Position numbers and translations under genes: made by a program. Positions 1 through 10,749 of a stretch of DNA of 64,000 nt are shown here, one piece after another. Numbering within the stretch: the first letter of the stretch is position 1; each line of letters begins with the position of its first letter. The notes under the pieces are model-generated. The model worked only from the letters and a program-made list of their open reading frames with translations. It was not told the DNA's origin and did not search any database. Where the stretch lies: positions 23,594,655-23,658,654 of the forward strand of contig NC_068993.1 in assembly GCF_001194135.2 (NCBI RefSeq), read 5' to 3'. Source of the stretch: Octopus bimaculoides. Its lineage: Eukaryota.

Positions 1-60
1 CATCAGGTGTCTTGGGCAAATTTCGAACCGGGGTTCTCATTCCTAAGGTATTTTTGGATG

Positions 61-123
<63 letters not shown>

Positions 124-196
124 TCACTGCTTGGAATCGAACTCGGAATCTGGGGGCTGGTACCCTGCGATCTTAACCATTACACCATATGCCCGT
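1..196 (-). mobile_element. 3' module of Penelope-like family A: tRNA-like head + (AAT)n + spacer running into a hammerhead motif cut by the window edge
   Basis: Minus strand reads ACGGGCATATGGTGTAATGG...GAGTTCGATTCC, then (AAT)n, then CCAAAAATACCTTAGGAATGAGAACCCCGGTTCGAAATTTGCCCAAGACACCTGATG. The same blocks occur at 7880-7946 (+) and 42034-42231 (-), the latter inside a PLE with RT and GIY-YIG relics. Confidence 0.8.
120..196 (-). promoter_or_regulatory. tRNA-like sequence with Pol III A and B boxes (not a functional tRNA gene)
   Basis: A box TGGTGTAATGG (187-177) and B box GAGTTCGATTCC (144-133) at tRNA-like spacing; acceptor and anticodon stems do not pair cleanly. Confidence 0.7.
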
Positions 197-285
197 CGGA
201 CAAGATAGGAACACATATCCGTCAAATGTAAGTAATGTATATAATGTACACAATTCCTCATATCTTAAATATAGAACTGTAGAAC
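197..285 (+). mobile_element. Inverted copy of the family A terminal-repeat (pLTR) tail
   Basis: CAAGATAGGAACACATATCCGTCAAATGTAAGTAATG...CAATTCCTCATATCTTAAATATAG matches the post-ribozyme tail at 7989-8063 and 44490-44554, but is opposite in orientation to 1-196. Confidence 0.7.
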
Positions 286-1638
286 CATTACAACATTTAG
301 AAGATAACATAATGCAGTGAGTGCTTCAGGGTATATGCTCTTGGTTAATCTGTATACACAGGAAGGATATGAAATTTGTCAGCTATGAAAATGTGAGGAA
401 GCTTGTGTGAACAAGTGAAAGCTGTGATATGCATATTAGCAATGGTATTTAATGCAAAGATGTCATTCACAATCTAAAACTAATCTACGAATATAATATT
501 AATGGATGTTACGTGCTAATATAAGCCCCTCGTGAATTGCTTGCTTCTGAAAGAGGTATGTCGACAAATTATTACTTCGGGCCATAATCAGTTTGGTAAA
601 TAATTGAATGTCGTGCATTCCCGAGAATACAGTCACCAAATGCAAGTGAAGTATATAAGTTAAAGCAGTGCTGTAAACTCAAAAAACTTGCTTTGCAACC
701 AGCTTGTCCGAGCATTGTTCACACAACGTCAGATCTTCAGCAAGTGTCTCCAATTAAAGTGTCCGATATTATGCATTCCAAGAGTATGTTATTAAATAAA
801 ATTGGTGCAGAAGCTTATCAGCTTATGTACGTGTGGCGGTGTTTACATTTCCTGCGTGTAATACAAGAAAGAGATATCGACAAATTAAAAAGGAACAAAC
901 AAATACATGAATGTATATCGTTTGCTAAGAATATATTGGCGATGAAGCTATGCATTATCAGTAAAACAAAATATTTTCTTTTCTCCACTTTTACGCAAAG
1001 GATAATAGTGCACATAGTAGCATGCGCGCGTATACACATGCACGCAAGCGCGCACGCACACACACACACACACACACACATGCACATACACATGCACATA
1101 GTTCTTCATTTCCTTATTTATATTGCTTCCCATCCGCTTTCCCGCTCTAGGCTAAGAGTTCTTTCTTCTTTTCCTTTTTCTTGTCATTCTTCTTCATCCA
1201 CGACAGTCAGAAGTGTAACGCAGGATTTTGCCAATTTATCATCTTTGGATTCTTAAGAACATCTTTAACTCAATAAAAATGATTCTAAAAATCATTTATT
1301 TTTGTTTTTTGTTCCTGTTTTGGGTCCTCTGTTTTTGTTCTAGTTTTGGGTCCTTTGTTCTTATCAGTCACGTGTTTTAGTACTTTTCATGCTTTCGTTA
1401 CTCAATTTCTATCTTGCCGAAATTTATAGATATAAGAAAATAACGGGTGTCATTCCAGGAAGGAAAAATATAAGAGAAATTGTTGCTGAAAACGAACCTG
1501 AGTTTGAAAAGAACTTGTAATTGATTTTAAATAAATTTATTTATATACATACCGAATTAGTTTCAACTATTTTTTTGTTTATCAATGGTATAAACGTATG
1601 GGATTTTTTAAAAAAAGGTAATTGCGAAGTAGAAAACC

Positions 1639-1795
1639 TGTTTAAATGATTAACTGTTCACAAAATTCAATAAAAACAAAAACGATCTGCGAAGAATATA
1701 AAAAATGTGGATCAGCGTGTTTAAATGATTAAATGTTCACAAAATTCAATATCAGAAGTGATCGTCGAAAAATATGAAACATTTGTGGATCACCA
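1639..1795 (+). repeat. Imperfect tandem duplication of an ~79-bp unit
   Basis: TGTTTAAATGATTAA(C/A)TGTTCACAAAATTCAATA at 1639-1672 and 1718-1751, each followed by a similar GATC...AATAT...TGTGGATCA segment. Confidence 0.75.
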
Positions 1796-1817
1796 AATGT
1801 TCGGTCATACTGAGTTA

Positions 1818-1864
<47 letters not shown>

Positions 1865-1877
1865 NNNNNNNNNNAGA

Positions 1878-1924
<47 letters not shown>

Positions 1925-1959
1925 GGAGAGAGAGAGAGAGAAACAGAAATAAGAAAGTA

Positions 1960-2890
1960 AAGAAAGGGGATTTCACTTCAGTTTCTGTCATCTTAGGTTC
2001 TTTTTCCCGTCGCGTGCAGGTTTTTTCGCTTGTAATGTAGTGTTTTGAAATCAGTGTATTTATAAATTTTTCCGTGAATGGATCTAATTTTTCATTTGTT
2101 ATAATTGGGATGACGTCCTATTCTTTCTGGTGGTCAGGTTTCGCGTTCTGCCTTGTTGACTTCCCAGTAGGGAATGCTCATCAACCGTTCTACTTGGTTG
2201 ATTATTTTAAAGGGGCAGTTTGTTTTATCTGCTGATGGTTCGGTTCTGATAGGAGGTAAAATATAATTGGTCTCTAGAGATAGGTGACGTCAGCAGCTGG
2301 TGTTTTTATGGTGTTATTGCATGGTGATTTAGAGTTGCGGTTCCGAAACTCGAGAGGAAAGCTGTAACTAAAATTGTTCTACGTCTGTTGTATATGGCTC
2401 TTTTTTAGGAGTGAAATTGATATTCTTTTTGTTTAGTGTTTTACTTCTTTTTCGTGTTTCTTTTTTCTTTTTAGTGTTTTATTTCTTCTTTCTAAAGGAT
2501 ATTCAGCAGTGGTTCATATTTTTTAAGGAGTATACTTTCCTTATTCAATCGGAATTGGATTGAAGTGTTTCCGGTGCATTGATAGATAGGGAAGATTTGG
2601 TTTTCCGGGTTTATGTTTACGAGTTTATGTCTAAGTGTTTACTTACAGGAATTTTTCTGGTCGTGAGGTACCAGATTTGTGCCTGTGTACTGCCAGTATG
2701 TCCCCCAAGGACAAACTAGTTTGGCCTATATAGTCTCCATCACACCCACCATATTTGAGAACATAGGTTAAGTTCTTCGATGCACAGATGAAGTGATTTT
2801 TTATGGTAAAAATTTGACCTGACTTAAATTTCTGCAGAGTGACTTGCGTCATGGTGCTATTTATCTCACAAACGATGCCCAACGTATCGT
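1960..2890 (-). mobile_element. Penelope-like element 3' fragment (Neptune-like GIY-YIG endonuclease relic plus 3' region)
   Basis: ORF 2643-2882: FTIKNHFICASKNLTYVLKYGGCDGDYIGQTSLSLGDILAVHRH matches the PLE endonuclease pattern F.C.S.N..Y...C..C...YIGQT...L..R...H. Confidence 0.7.
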
Positions 2891-3094
2891 ACTATAATGT
2901 GTAGTCGACAAAATAAAAGAACAAACAATGCACAGGCTCGAAATTAAAAATATAAATTGGTAACAATTTGCCCATCGCACCCTGTTTATGCACTTACACA
3001 CACACACATCACAAAAGCAAATAGACGCCTTATAAAACATCGTTTGTTTTTTTATTAACGGACATTTTAATGTTTCAGGTTCTATATGTAATTG

Positions 3095-4083
3095 TTTAAT
3101 CATGCAATGTACAAAAGGAGCCTTGGACCTCTCTGAATGTATTATTGGTCATTCTGAAGATGGACATAATCAGCGTAAAATCGTAGAAAACCTTGGGATC
3201 CCGGTTTCTACAGTTAATCGGGTGATTGTGCAATTCGCCAGAGAGGGGAAGGAGTCCACATCACTTCACCCAGATCAACCAGGGCCTTCTGAGATGACCC
3301 TTGACCCTTCTCTTTGTTAAGAGAAGTGTGGAGGATAATCCTCGTTGCAAGGCTTCTGTCGTAGCAGAACAAGTTGATGTCAGTCCCAGAACAGCTGTCA
3401 GATATCTCCACAAACTTTATTACTCTGGCTGAGTAGCAAGAAGGAAGCCACATCTTCGACCAGCTAACATCAAGTGGAAAAAAGATTGGACCAGTGAGAT
3501 GGTGGTGAGGCCACTAGCCTTTTGGGACACTGTCATATTCTCTGATGAATCCAGATTTGCTGTATTTCCTGACAGTGGCCAAATGTGGGTCTGGAGAATC
3601 TGTGATCAAGAATTTGATGTGTAAAGATTGCAGCCAACAATGAAACAAAGCAGCTATTCTGTGATGGTTTGGGGAGCAATTTGGAGCAATGGTCATCTAG
3701 AGCCGGTGGAGTGTGATGGAAACATAAACTCAGATAAATATTGCAGAAAGGACTTCTATTCTTCTCCAGTGGTGAAAGTCTTTTCTTATGGAATCTCCTT
3801 GTCACACAGCTAAAATGACCCAAGATTTGGTGGATGGGAAAGGCATTAAAAAGCTTCCACGGCCAAGCCAGTTACCATATACGAACCCTATTGAATATCT
3901 TCTGGGACATACCGGACAGAACACTTCATAAAAAGAACAAGAAAGCATCTTCAAAGCCAAATCTTTTCAGATTACTGGATGAAAGTTGGCAAGAAATTCT
4001 ACTAGTGAATATTTATCTGATCAGTAATATGCCTAATAAGGACGTTGCATAGAAAAATGCAATGGGCATGTCTACTAAATATT
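3095..4083 (+). pseudogene. Tc1-family transposase pseudogene; TIRs not resolved
   Basis: HTH-like [18 protein letters not shown]; FSDESRF at ~3538; SVMVWGAIW; NPIE-type segment near 3886; ends in the typical G..TKY* at 4083; multiple frameshifts and stops. Confidence 0.85.
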
Positions 4084-4534
4084 AAATTTTCGTATTATAA
4101 CAATTAATAATTTCAATGCTTAATTTCAAATTTAAATAAATGTTTATGATTATAAGAGTTTCTACTTCTGTCATGTCTGTGTACATAAATTCTCGGGGTA
4201 TTTACTAGTATCGTTATCGCAATTCTAGGCAGCAATCACCGATGACTTTACAGAATCCATACACACTTAGACAGTTCTCTTTTTCGTCCTGCAGGGCAGC
4301 AAAATAACAAACTAAATACCCCCCCCCCCCCTCACAGAGAACGATCTCTGAGGTTACCAGTTTAGTCGCCAACGGCCCAAATTGAAGCAAAGAAATTTCA
4401 ACGTCCATTGACTTTTTATATTTCATTGGCTTTGTGAGAAGTATTGCTTTTTTCCAGCAGGATGACCATTACCTTCCTCTTCCTCTTCTTCCTCTTTCTC
4501 CTGCTCCTGCTACTCATCATCATCCTCACATTCA

Positions 4535-7500
4535 TCATCATCAGTATTATGCGATGAAAACAGCTTATTTTGCTGGGTACGATGGAAAGTGTCAGTTGTC
4601 CACAGCTAACGTGTTTCAAGAACACTGCGAAGAAATCTTGCAGTCCCAAGTAATGTTGATTTTTATAGGTTTTCTCTCTGCATACTTTTCAGACATGTTG
4701 GCAACTCAGTGCTGATACTTCCAAGTGCCCCAATTACATTGGCTACAACCTTCGTATTTCCCACTTCAAATCGTCGTAGTTGTTTATTTTTCTTCTTCTT
4801 TCGCACCGGAGCCTACTATTTACTTTACTTTACTTACTTGTTTCAGTCATTTGACTGCGACCATGCTGGAGCACCACCTTTAGTCGATAAAATCGACCCC
4901 AGGACTTATTCTTTGTAAGCCTTGTACTTATTCTATCGGTTTCATTTGCCGAACCGCTAAGTTACGGTGACGTAAATACACCAGCATCGATTGTCAAGCA
5001 ATGTTGGCGGGGACAGACACAGACACACGAACACATACACACGCATACATATCTATATATACATATACATATATACGACGGGCTTTCAGTTTCCGTCTAC
5101 CAAATCTACTCACAAGGCTTTGGTCGGCCCGAGGCTATAGTAGAACACACTTGCCCAAGGTGCCACGCGGTAGGACTGAACCCAGAACCATGTGGTAAGC
5201 AAGCTACTTACCACACAGCCACTCTTGCTCTTCCTATGTCCATTATCATGCATGTTCTCTCTCTTTTATTCACCCCAACGATATCCGGTTTCATATGTCT
5301 GGTCGGATGATCACACTGAATCGCTCCCACAGGATTTTTTCAATTCTCATTCTCGATGACTCCTTCTGCCTCTGCTCATAACACTTCTTTGCTCTTTGTA
5401 GGTCGTGATTTCCATTGAGCTCCCAATGGATCGTTCTTGCCACATTATCATGGTGTCTTTTGTATTCGCATTGTGCCAATTTCGGGCGTTCGCTCAGGAT
5501 GTGTCACACATTTTCACCCCTCTCACCACACATTCTGCATTTGTCGCTGAGAGTAGTGTTGCCTGTTCTGCACTCCACATAGTTGGTCCTTAAGGCTTGT
5601 TCTTAATCTGCACATATAAGTGCTTCTGTCTATCTTTAGAACATCCCTCTTCATCCATAGCCACCAATCCTCTGTCTTGGCTTTCACATCGCTTCCGAAG
5701 TGACCGTACATTTTTTTCTCCTTCTATGCTTTTCCATTTTTTCTGTTAATTTCTTGTTTAAATTTTTCGTTCACTACACAGTTCTCTGTTTTGATGATGC
5801 CGGCCTCTTTCGTATGTTTCAAAAATGTCTCCACGGCATTTTTTATATACAAGCCTAAGCTGTTTTCCTTTGCTTCGATATAGTACTGGTAACTGATCAA
5901 ACCACTCCCACCCTTTCTGCTGGACAAGCACAGCCTATCAGTGTCACATTTAGAGTGGAAGGCTCCCTCTACTGTCAGCATTTTCTCTTGTCTTTGTATC
6001 CATTTACATCACTTCTCTTTGTTATTTTATAATTCTATCTCCATACCGAAGTGATGCTATCCTTCACGTATTAACTGCTTGGATTTTATTCTAACCAGTC
6101 ATTTTTAAGCGCAACACCAACCTTAGTCTTCGGAAATATTCCATCCTTAGTTGCCCTTTAATTTCATTCTCTATTATCTCGTTGTATTCTAGAACACCAA
6201 GGTGTTTGTAGCCTTCCGTTTCAATTTGTTAAATCAATTCTTTATTCGGTAACTCTATCTCTTCTAGGGATTGTACCTTGCCTCTTTTCAGGTAGAATCT
6301 TCTGCACTTCTTCAGTCCGAATTCACATCTAATATGAGCACTAAAAAGTGGACCGTATTCACCAAGAACTCATAGTGTCACATCCTTCTCATTTCAAGGT
6401 CTTCTTTTCTCTTCTCCTCAGCTTTTTGGTTAACTCTTCCTTGCCCACCATTTCATCTGCATTTACACCCATATTTTTCGCCCAGTGTGATCAACTGCCC
6501 AGATATTCATTTCGGTAGTCAATTTTTTGGCATTCAGGTTGGATTTCAACACCATCTTCACCCATTTAAATACGCCTCGCTGACCTTGACTTTCATTTCT
6601 CTGTGTAAGGTGTCATCCGGCTCCAAAATCTCTAAATGTCTATCCCCATTACAGTCGGGTTCACTCATGGTCTTTCCTGATGGTAACCGCAATCCTCAGC
6701 AGGATGCTTTCTTCCGTCTTTTCATATTATGTACTGAGTGTTTGGTAATTCCAATGAGTATCTTCCAGCTTATGTTTAGGCATAGTATAAGACGGTAGTT
6801 TCCCACAATATTCCCATTTCTTCTATCTTTCATCATAAGTGATGATCTCCCAGTCACCATCCACCCGGGGTCTGTACCTTTCTGGACACACTCATTCAAT
6901 TAGGCTGCTAATCTTTCATGCACCGCGTGGCATCTCTTCAGCCAAATGCCATGAATCCCATCTGGTCCGGGGGCTTTCCAGTTAGGCACTTTAACCACTT
7001 GGTCTTTCATGTCACCCATGCTTATGACAATATTCCTGTTTCTATCCTCCTTGTAATTCTGTCTTGATAGTTCCTATCCACATTGCATCCCCTTTATGCA
7101 CCATATTATTTCCCACAATCCGCTCCAGAACTCCTTTGCTTTATTTGCATCAGAAGCAACCTTTTTCCCATTGTCTCCTTCTAACTTTCGGAATAATTGT
7201 TTCGGGTTATTTTGAACTATCTGTTCTCCTGGAACTGCTTATTTCTGTTCACAAATCTTCTGATCTTCTGATTTTTGCCCTGATTCTGTATTCACTGTTC
7301 TATTAAATTTATTTTTTGAACCAGTTGAAGACACACGAGATGTCGAAATATCGTTCACCAGATAACAAATGGCACTCTTCTTTTAATTTTGACTCTATAT
7401 CTTCAGGAGGAGTTACCTCAATCCTTTCTATATTAACCAAAATGAAGTAGATTGACAAATTTATTTTTTGAACCAGTTGAAGACACACGAGATGTCGAAA

Positions 7501-7854
7501 TATCGTTCACCAGATAACAAATGGCACTCTTCTTTTAATTTTGACTCTATNNNNNNNNNNNNNNNNNNNNNNNNNNNNNNNNNNNNNNNNNNNNNNNNNN
7601 NNNNNNNNNNNNNNNNNNNNNNNNNNNNNNNNNNNNNNNNNNNNNNNNNNNNNNNNNNNNNNNNNNNNNNNNNNNNNNNNNNNNNNNNNNNNNNNNNNNN
7701 NNNNNNNNNNNNNNNNNNNNNNTAAATTTATTTTTTGAACCAGTTGAAGACACACGAGATGTCGAAATATCGTTCACCAGATAACAAATGGCACTCTTCT
7801 TTTAATTTTGACTCTATTTCTTCAGGAGGAGTTACCTCAATCCTTTCTATATTA
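4535..7854 (-). mobile_element. Degenerate R4/Dong-type non-LTR retrotransposon (RT + CCHC + restriction-like endonuclease), interrupted by a SINE
   Basis: Minus-strand fragments WMVTGRSSLMMKD..GNYRLILCLNISWKIL (RT), GAFHSKCDTDRLCLSSRKGGSGL, EYKRHHDNVARTIHW, RPDI, and past the SINE YDDLKWEIRRL..VIGALGSIS..LGTARFLRSVLE; 3' end fades into GAT-type repeats near 4535. Confidence 0.8.
4819..5229 (-). mobile_element. tRNA-derived SINE, family 1 (octopus-type)
   Basis: Head GAGTGGCTGTGTGGTAAGTAGCTTGC...GGGTTCAGTCC, internal TA/CA microsatellite, tail GCAGTCAAATGACTGAAACAAGTAA; second copy at 39199-39770. Confidence 0.9.
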
Positions 7855-8063
7855 ATGATAATAATGATAATAATAATAATGACATCATCAAAAAATACCT
7901 TGAGAATGAGAACCCAGGTTCGAAATTTCCCCAAAACGCCTGATGACGGCTGGAAGGTATATCAACCGAAACATTGTGTTAACAACAAACAAGATGAGGA
8001 CAAATATACGTCAATTGTAAATAATGTAAATAATGTACATAATTCCTCATCTCTTAGATATAG
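7855..8063 (+). mobile_element. Solo terminal-repeat cassette of PLE family A
   Basis: (AAT)n-like run, spacer AAAAATACCTTGAGAATGAGAACCCAGGTTCGAAATTTCC, hammerhead motif and tail ending CTCATCTCTTAGATATAG; homologous to 1-60, 36019-36120, 41955-42120 and 44390-44554. Confidence 0.8.
7935..7980 (+). ncRNA. Minimal type I hammerhead ribozyme motif (family A; this copy has a helix III mismatch)
   Basis: Helix I AACGC(7935-39)/GTGTT(7976-80); CTGATGA 7940-46; helix II GGCTGG/TCAACC; GAAAC 7968-72; triplet ATT here versus GTT in the copy at 36091-36102. Confidence 0.65.
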
Positions 8064-8795
8064 TTATTGTTTTAGTCTTGAGTTTCAACGGTTTGCCAGT
8101 TTCTATTTCAAGATCTTTATACTTGCTCATGTTTTGGTAGGTCTTAACAGATACATTGAGGTCGATTGGCACAGTTATATGCGGAGGCATTATTTTGTTT
8201 GAAGTCTTTCAAAATAATGCATGGCCTATTCGCATCTATCTTTCTGAGAGTTTGAACGGTGAGTTTCTAGATGAGAAAGATATGATCATTTTCAAGCACT
8301 TGAGGTGGTTTGTGTTTCCACCAGTTTTTATCATGGTGTAGGTCCACGTTTTGGCAAATTACCCAGTGAATATATTCTGTCATGCCTGTTGATATACTTT
8401 GTAGGAGCAAGAAAACTGCACGTGTAGGCAACATGATCAATGGTTTCATATATCTCTTTACATACACGACATGTCGGGCTATTGCTGTTCTTTAATATGT
8501 TGGTCCAGTAGCTCCTTGTAGGAAGACATTGATCTTGGGCCGCTATGCTAAGCCCTTCTGTTTCTGATTTTAATCCAGAAGACGCTAACCATTGATGGGT
8601 AAGTGCTTTGTCAACATCGGTATATTAACTATCTTTGGGTATTTACCATTGAGAGGTTTTTCTAGTCATTTATCAGTAAGAATATCAAAGGCAGCAGTTT
8701 TAGCAGTTTTCATACGCTTGCTTTTTCTGTACTTCTTTCCAGTAGGTCTAATTCTAATTGTTGTATTTGGAATTCACATAGATTTTCCTTTGCCT
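8064..8795 (-). mobile_element. 5'-truncated R4/Dong-type LINE, family B
   Basis: EYIHWVICQNVDLHHDKNWWKHKPPQVLEND and SKYKDLEIE on minus; same family as 19950-20580; 5' junction abuts (AAT)n. Confidence 0.85.
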
Positions 8796-8813
8796 GTTTT
8801 ATTATTATTATTA

Positions 8814-8851
<38 letters not shown>

Positions 8852-9143
8852 GTTCAGTAGTTTTATTTTTATAACGTGCTTTCACTTCACTACCGAGCGC
8901 AGCTCTGTGCGCCTTGGGTATGTGCTGTGGTTTGCTGTGGTGCTCTTATGGTTACTGTATTGAAAGTGTTTTGCGTAGGATGTGTGCAGTGCCCGTTAGT
9001 GCAATTTTCTGTATGTTATATATATTTGTAAGTCTTGGTGTTTTTGTTATGTATTTGTCTGAATATTTTTTTATTATACCTAAGGCACCTACTATGATAG
9101 GAATTGTTTCTGTTTTTAGATTCCACGTTCGAGTTACCTCTAT
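8852..9143 (-). mobile_element. 3' end of R4/Dong-type LINE, family C
   Basis: IEVTRTWNLKTETIPIIVGALGIIKK..LTGTAHILRKTLSIQ* plus 3' UTR ending CTACTGAAC-(AAT)n; near-identical by eye to 21100-21381. Confidence 0.9.
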
Positions 9144-9555
9144 NNNNNNNNNNNNNNNNNNNNNNNNNNNNNNNNNNNNNNNNNNNNNNNNNNNNNNNNN
9201 NNNNNNNNNNNNNNNNNNNNNNNNNNNNNNNNNNNNNNNNNNNNNNNNNNNNNNNNNNNNNNNNNNNNNNNNNNNNNNNNNNNNNNNNNNNNNNNNNNNN
9301 NNNNNNNNNNNNNNNNNNNNNNNNNNNNNNNNNNNNNNNNNNNNNNNNNNNNNNNNNNNNNNNNNNNNNNNNNNNNNNNNNNNNNNNNNNNNNNNNNNNN
9401 NNNNNNNNNNNNNNNNNNNNNNNNNNNNNNNNNNNNNNNNNNNNNNNNNNNNNNNNNNNNNNNNNNNNNNNNNNNNNNNNNNNNNNNTCCTCCTCTTCTT
9501 CTTCTTCTTCTTCTTCTTTTTTCTTCTTCTTCTTCTTCTTCTTCTTCTTATTATT

Positions 9556-9591
<36 letters not shown>

Positions 9592-9604
9592 ATTATGATC
9601 ATCA

Positions 9605-9648
<44 letters not shown>

Positions 9649-10261
9649 GTTTACACGTGGAATCCACACTCGAATCATCGCTGGTGAGTTTCTCTAATTC
9701 TGCTTGTCTTTTGTTCTTTTCGGCCGCTGAAATTGTAATTATTGTTTGGCGGATGTATCCAGGTGTCTCCTTAAAGAGTTTCACCCCTTTTCAATCACAG
9801 AACAAACGGAAAGCCCGTTCCGAAAACTTTCTAGAGCATATTTTTCAATCTGACCCTATTCAAAACATGGCCAGTACTTGTCTAAACAGAGGAGTGGGTG
9901 TGAGAGATGATGTATCTGCTTCTTCGGTTTCAATCGACACTAGGAATAAAAGTCAACCATTTCCTCTGATTTTTGCAAAGAAACCACAGACAATAACACC
10001 ACCACCGACACTGTTGCCACCACTACCATCGCCACCATCATCATCAACAGCATCGCCAACAGCCAAAATAAGCCCACTATGATGAGCACGGCCCGTGACA
10101 ACTCCAACAACAACAATAACACCATCAGCAAGAACAACAACGAAATTATTGAAATCAGCAGCAATAACAACGATAATATAATAATCAGCAGCAGCACCAG
10201 CATCAACACATGTGCTAGCTTCTACAACAGAAATGCTTTTTACAAAGATTATAACGAGAAA

Positions 10262-10645
10262 TGTGCAGGCGCAATGACCCAGTGGTTGGGGCAGCGGTCT
10301 CGCGGTCATAGGATCGCGGTTTCGATTCCCAGACCGGGCGTTGTGTTTATTGAGCGTAAACACCTAAAAGCTCCACGTGGTTCCGGCAGGAGATGGTGGC
10401 GAACCCTGCTATACTCTTCCACCACAACTTTCTCTCATTCTTACTTCCTGTTTCTGTTGTGCCTGTAATTCAAAGGGTCAGCCTTGTCACACTGTGTCAC
10501 GCTGAATATCCCCGAGAACTACATTAAGGCTACACTGTCTGTGGAGTGCTCAGCCACTTACACGTTAATTTCACGAGGAGGCTGTTTCGTTGATCGGATC
10601 AACTGGAACCCTCGACGTCATAAGCGAGGGAGTGCCAACATAACG
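10262..10645 (+). mobile_element. tRNA-derived SINE, family 3
   Basis: Head GGCGCAATGACCCAGTGGTT (A-box-like) and GGTTTCGATTCCC (B box), followed by a non-coding body and tail. Confidence 0.7.
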
Positions 10646-10749
10646 AGAAAACACATCCGAAGTAAAACATTTCCTTCGCAAATGTAATAAATATACAGAT
10701 TGCTCATTCCTTGTAAGGGAAAGTGGAGGCATTTAAAAAATGTCAGAAA

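Noticed and set aside
120-196. tRNA gene call
   Set aside because: Acceptor and anticodon stems are broken, there is no oligo-T terminator, and it recurs inside a PLE, so it is treated as a derived promoter.
7305-7854. Three copies of an ~130-bp unit (7305-7436, 7459-7550, 7723-7854) that could look like an array
   Set aside because: The copies are nearly identical LINE sequence straddling an N gap, with no spacer structure. Most likely an assembly overlap artefact or a local duplication, and not CRISPR-like.
9645-9795. Possible minus-strand terminal exon (VKLFKETPGYIRQTII...STCKQ*)
   Set aside because: Only ~47 open codons, weak acceptor, no recognisable homology and no partner exons in the window.
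9870-10260. Low-complexity ORFs rich in N, T, P and S (also 28060-28160 and 18914-19135)
   Set aside because: Decayed trinucleotide microsatellites that stay open in several frames.
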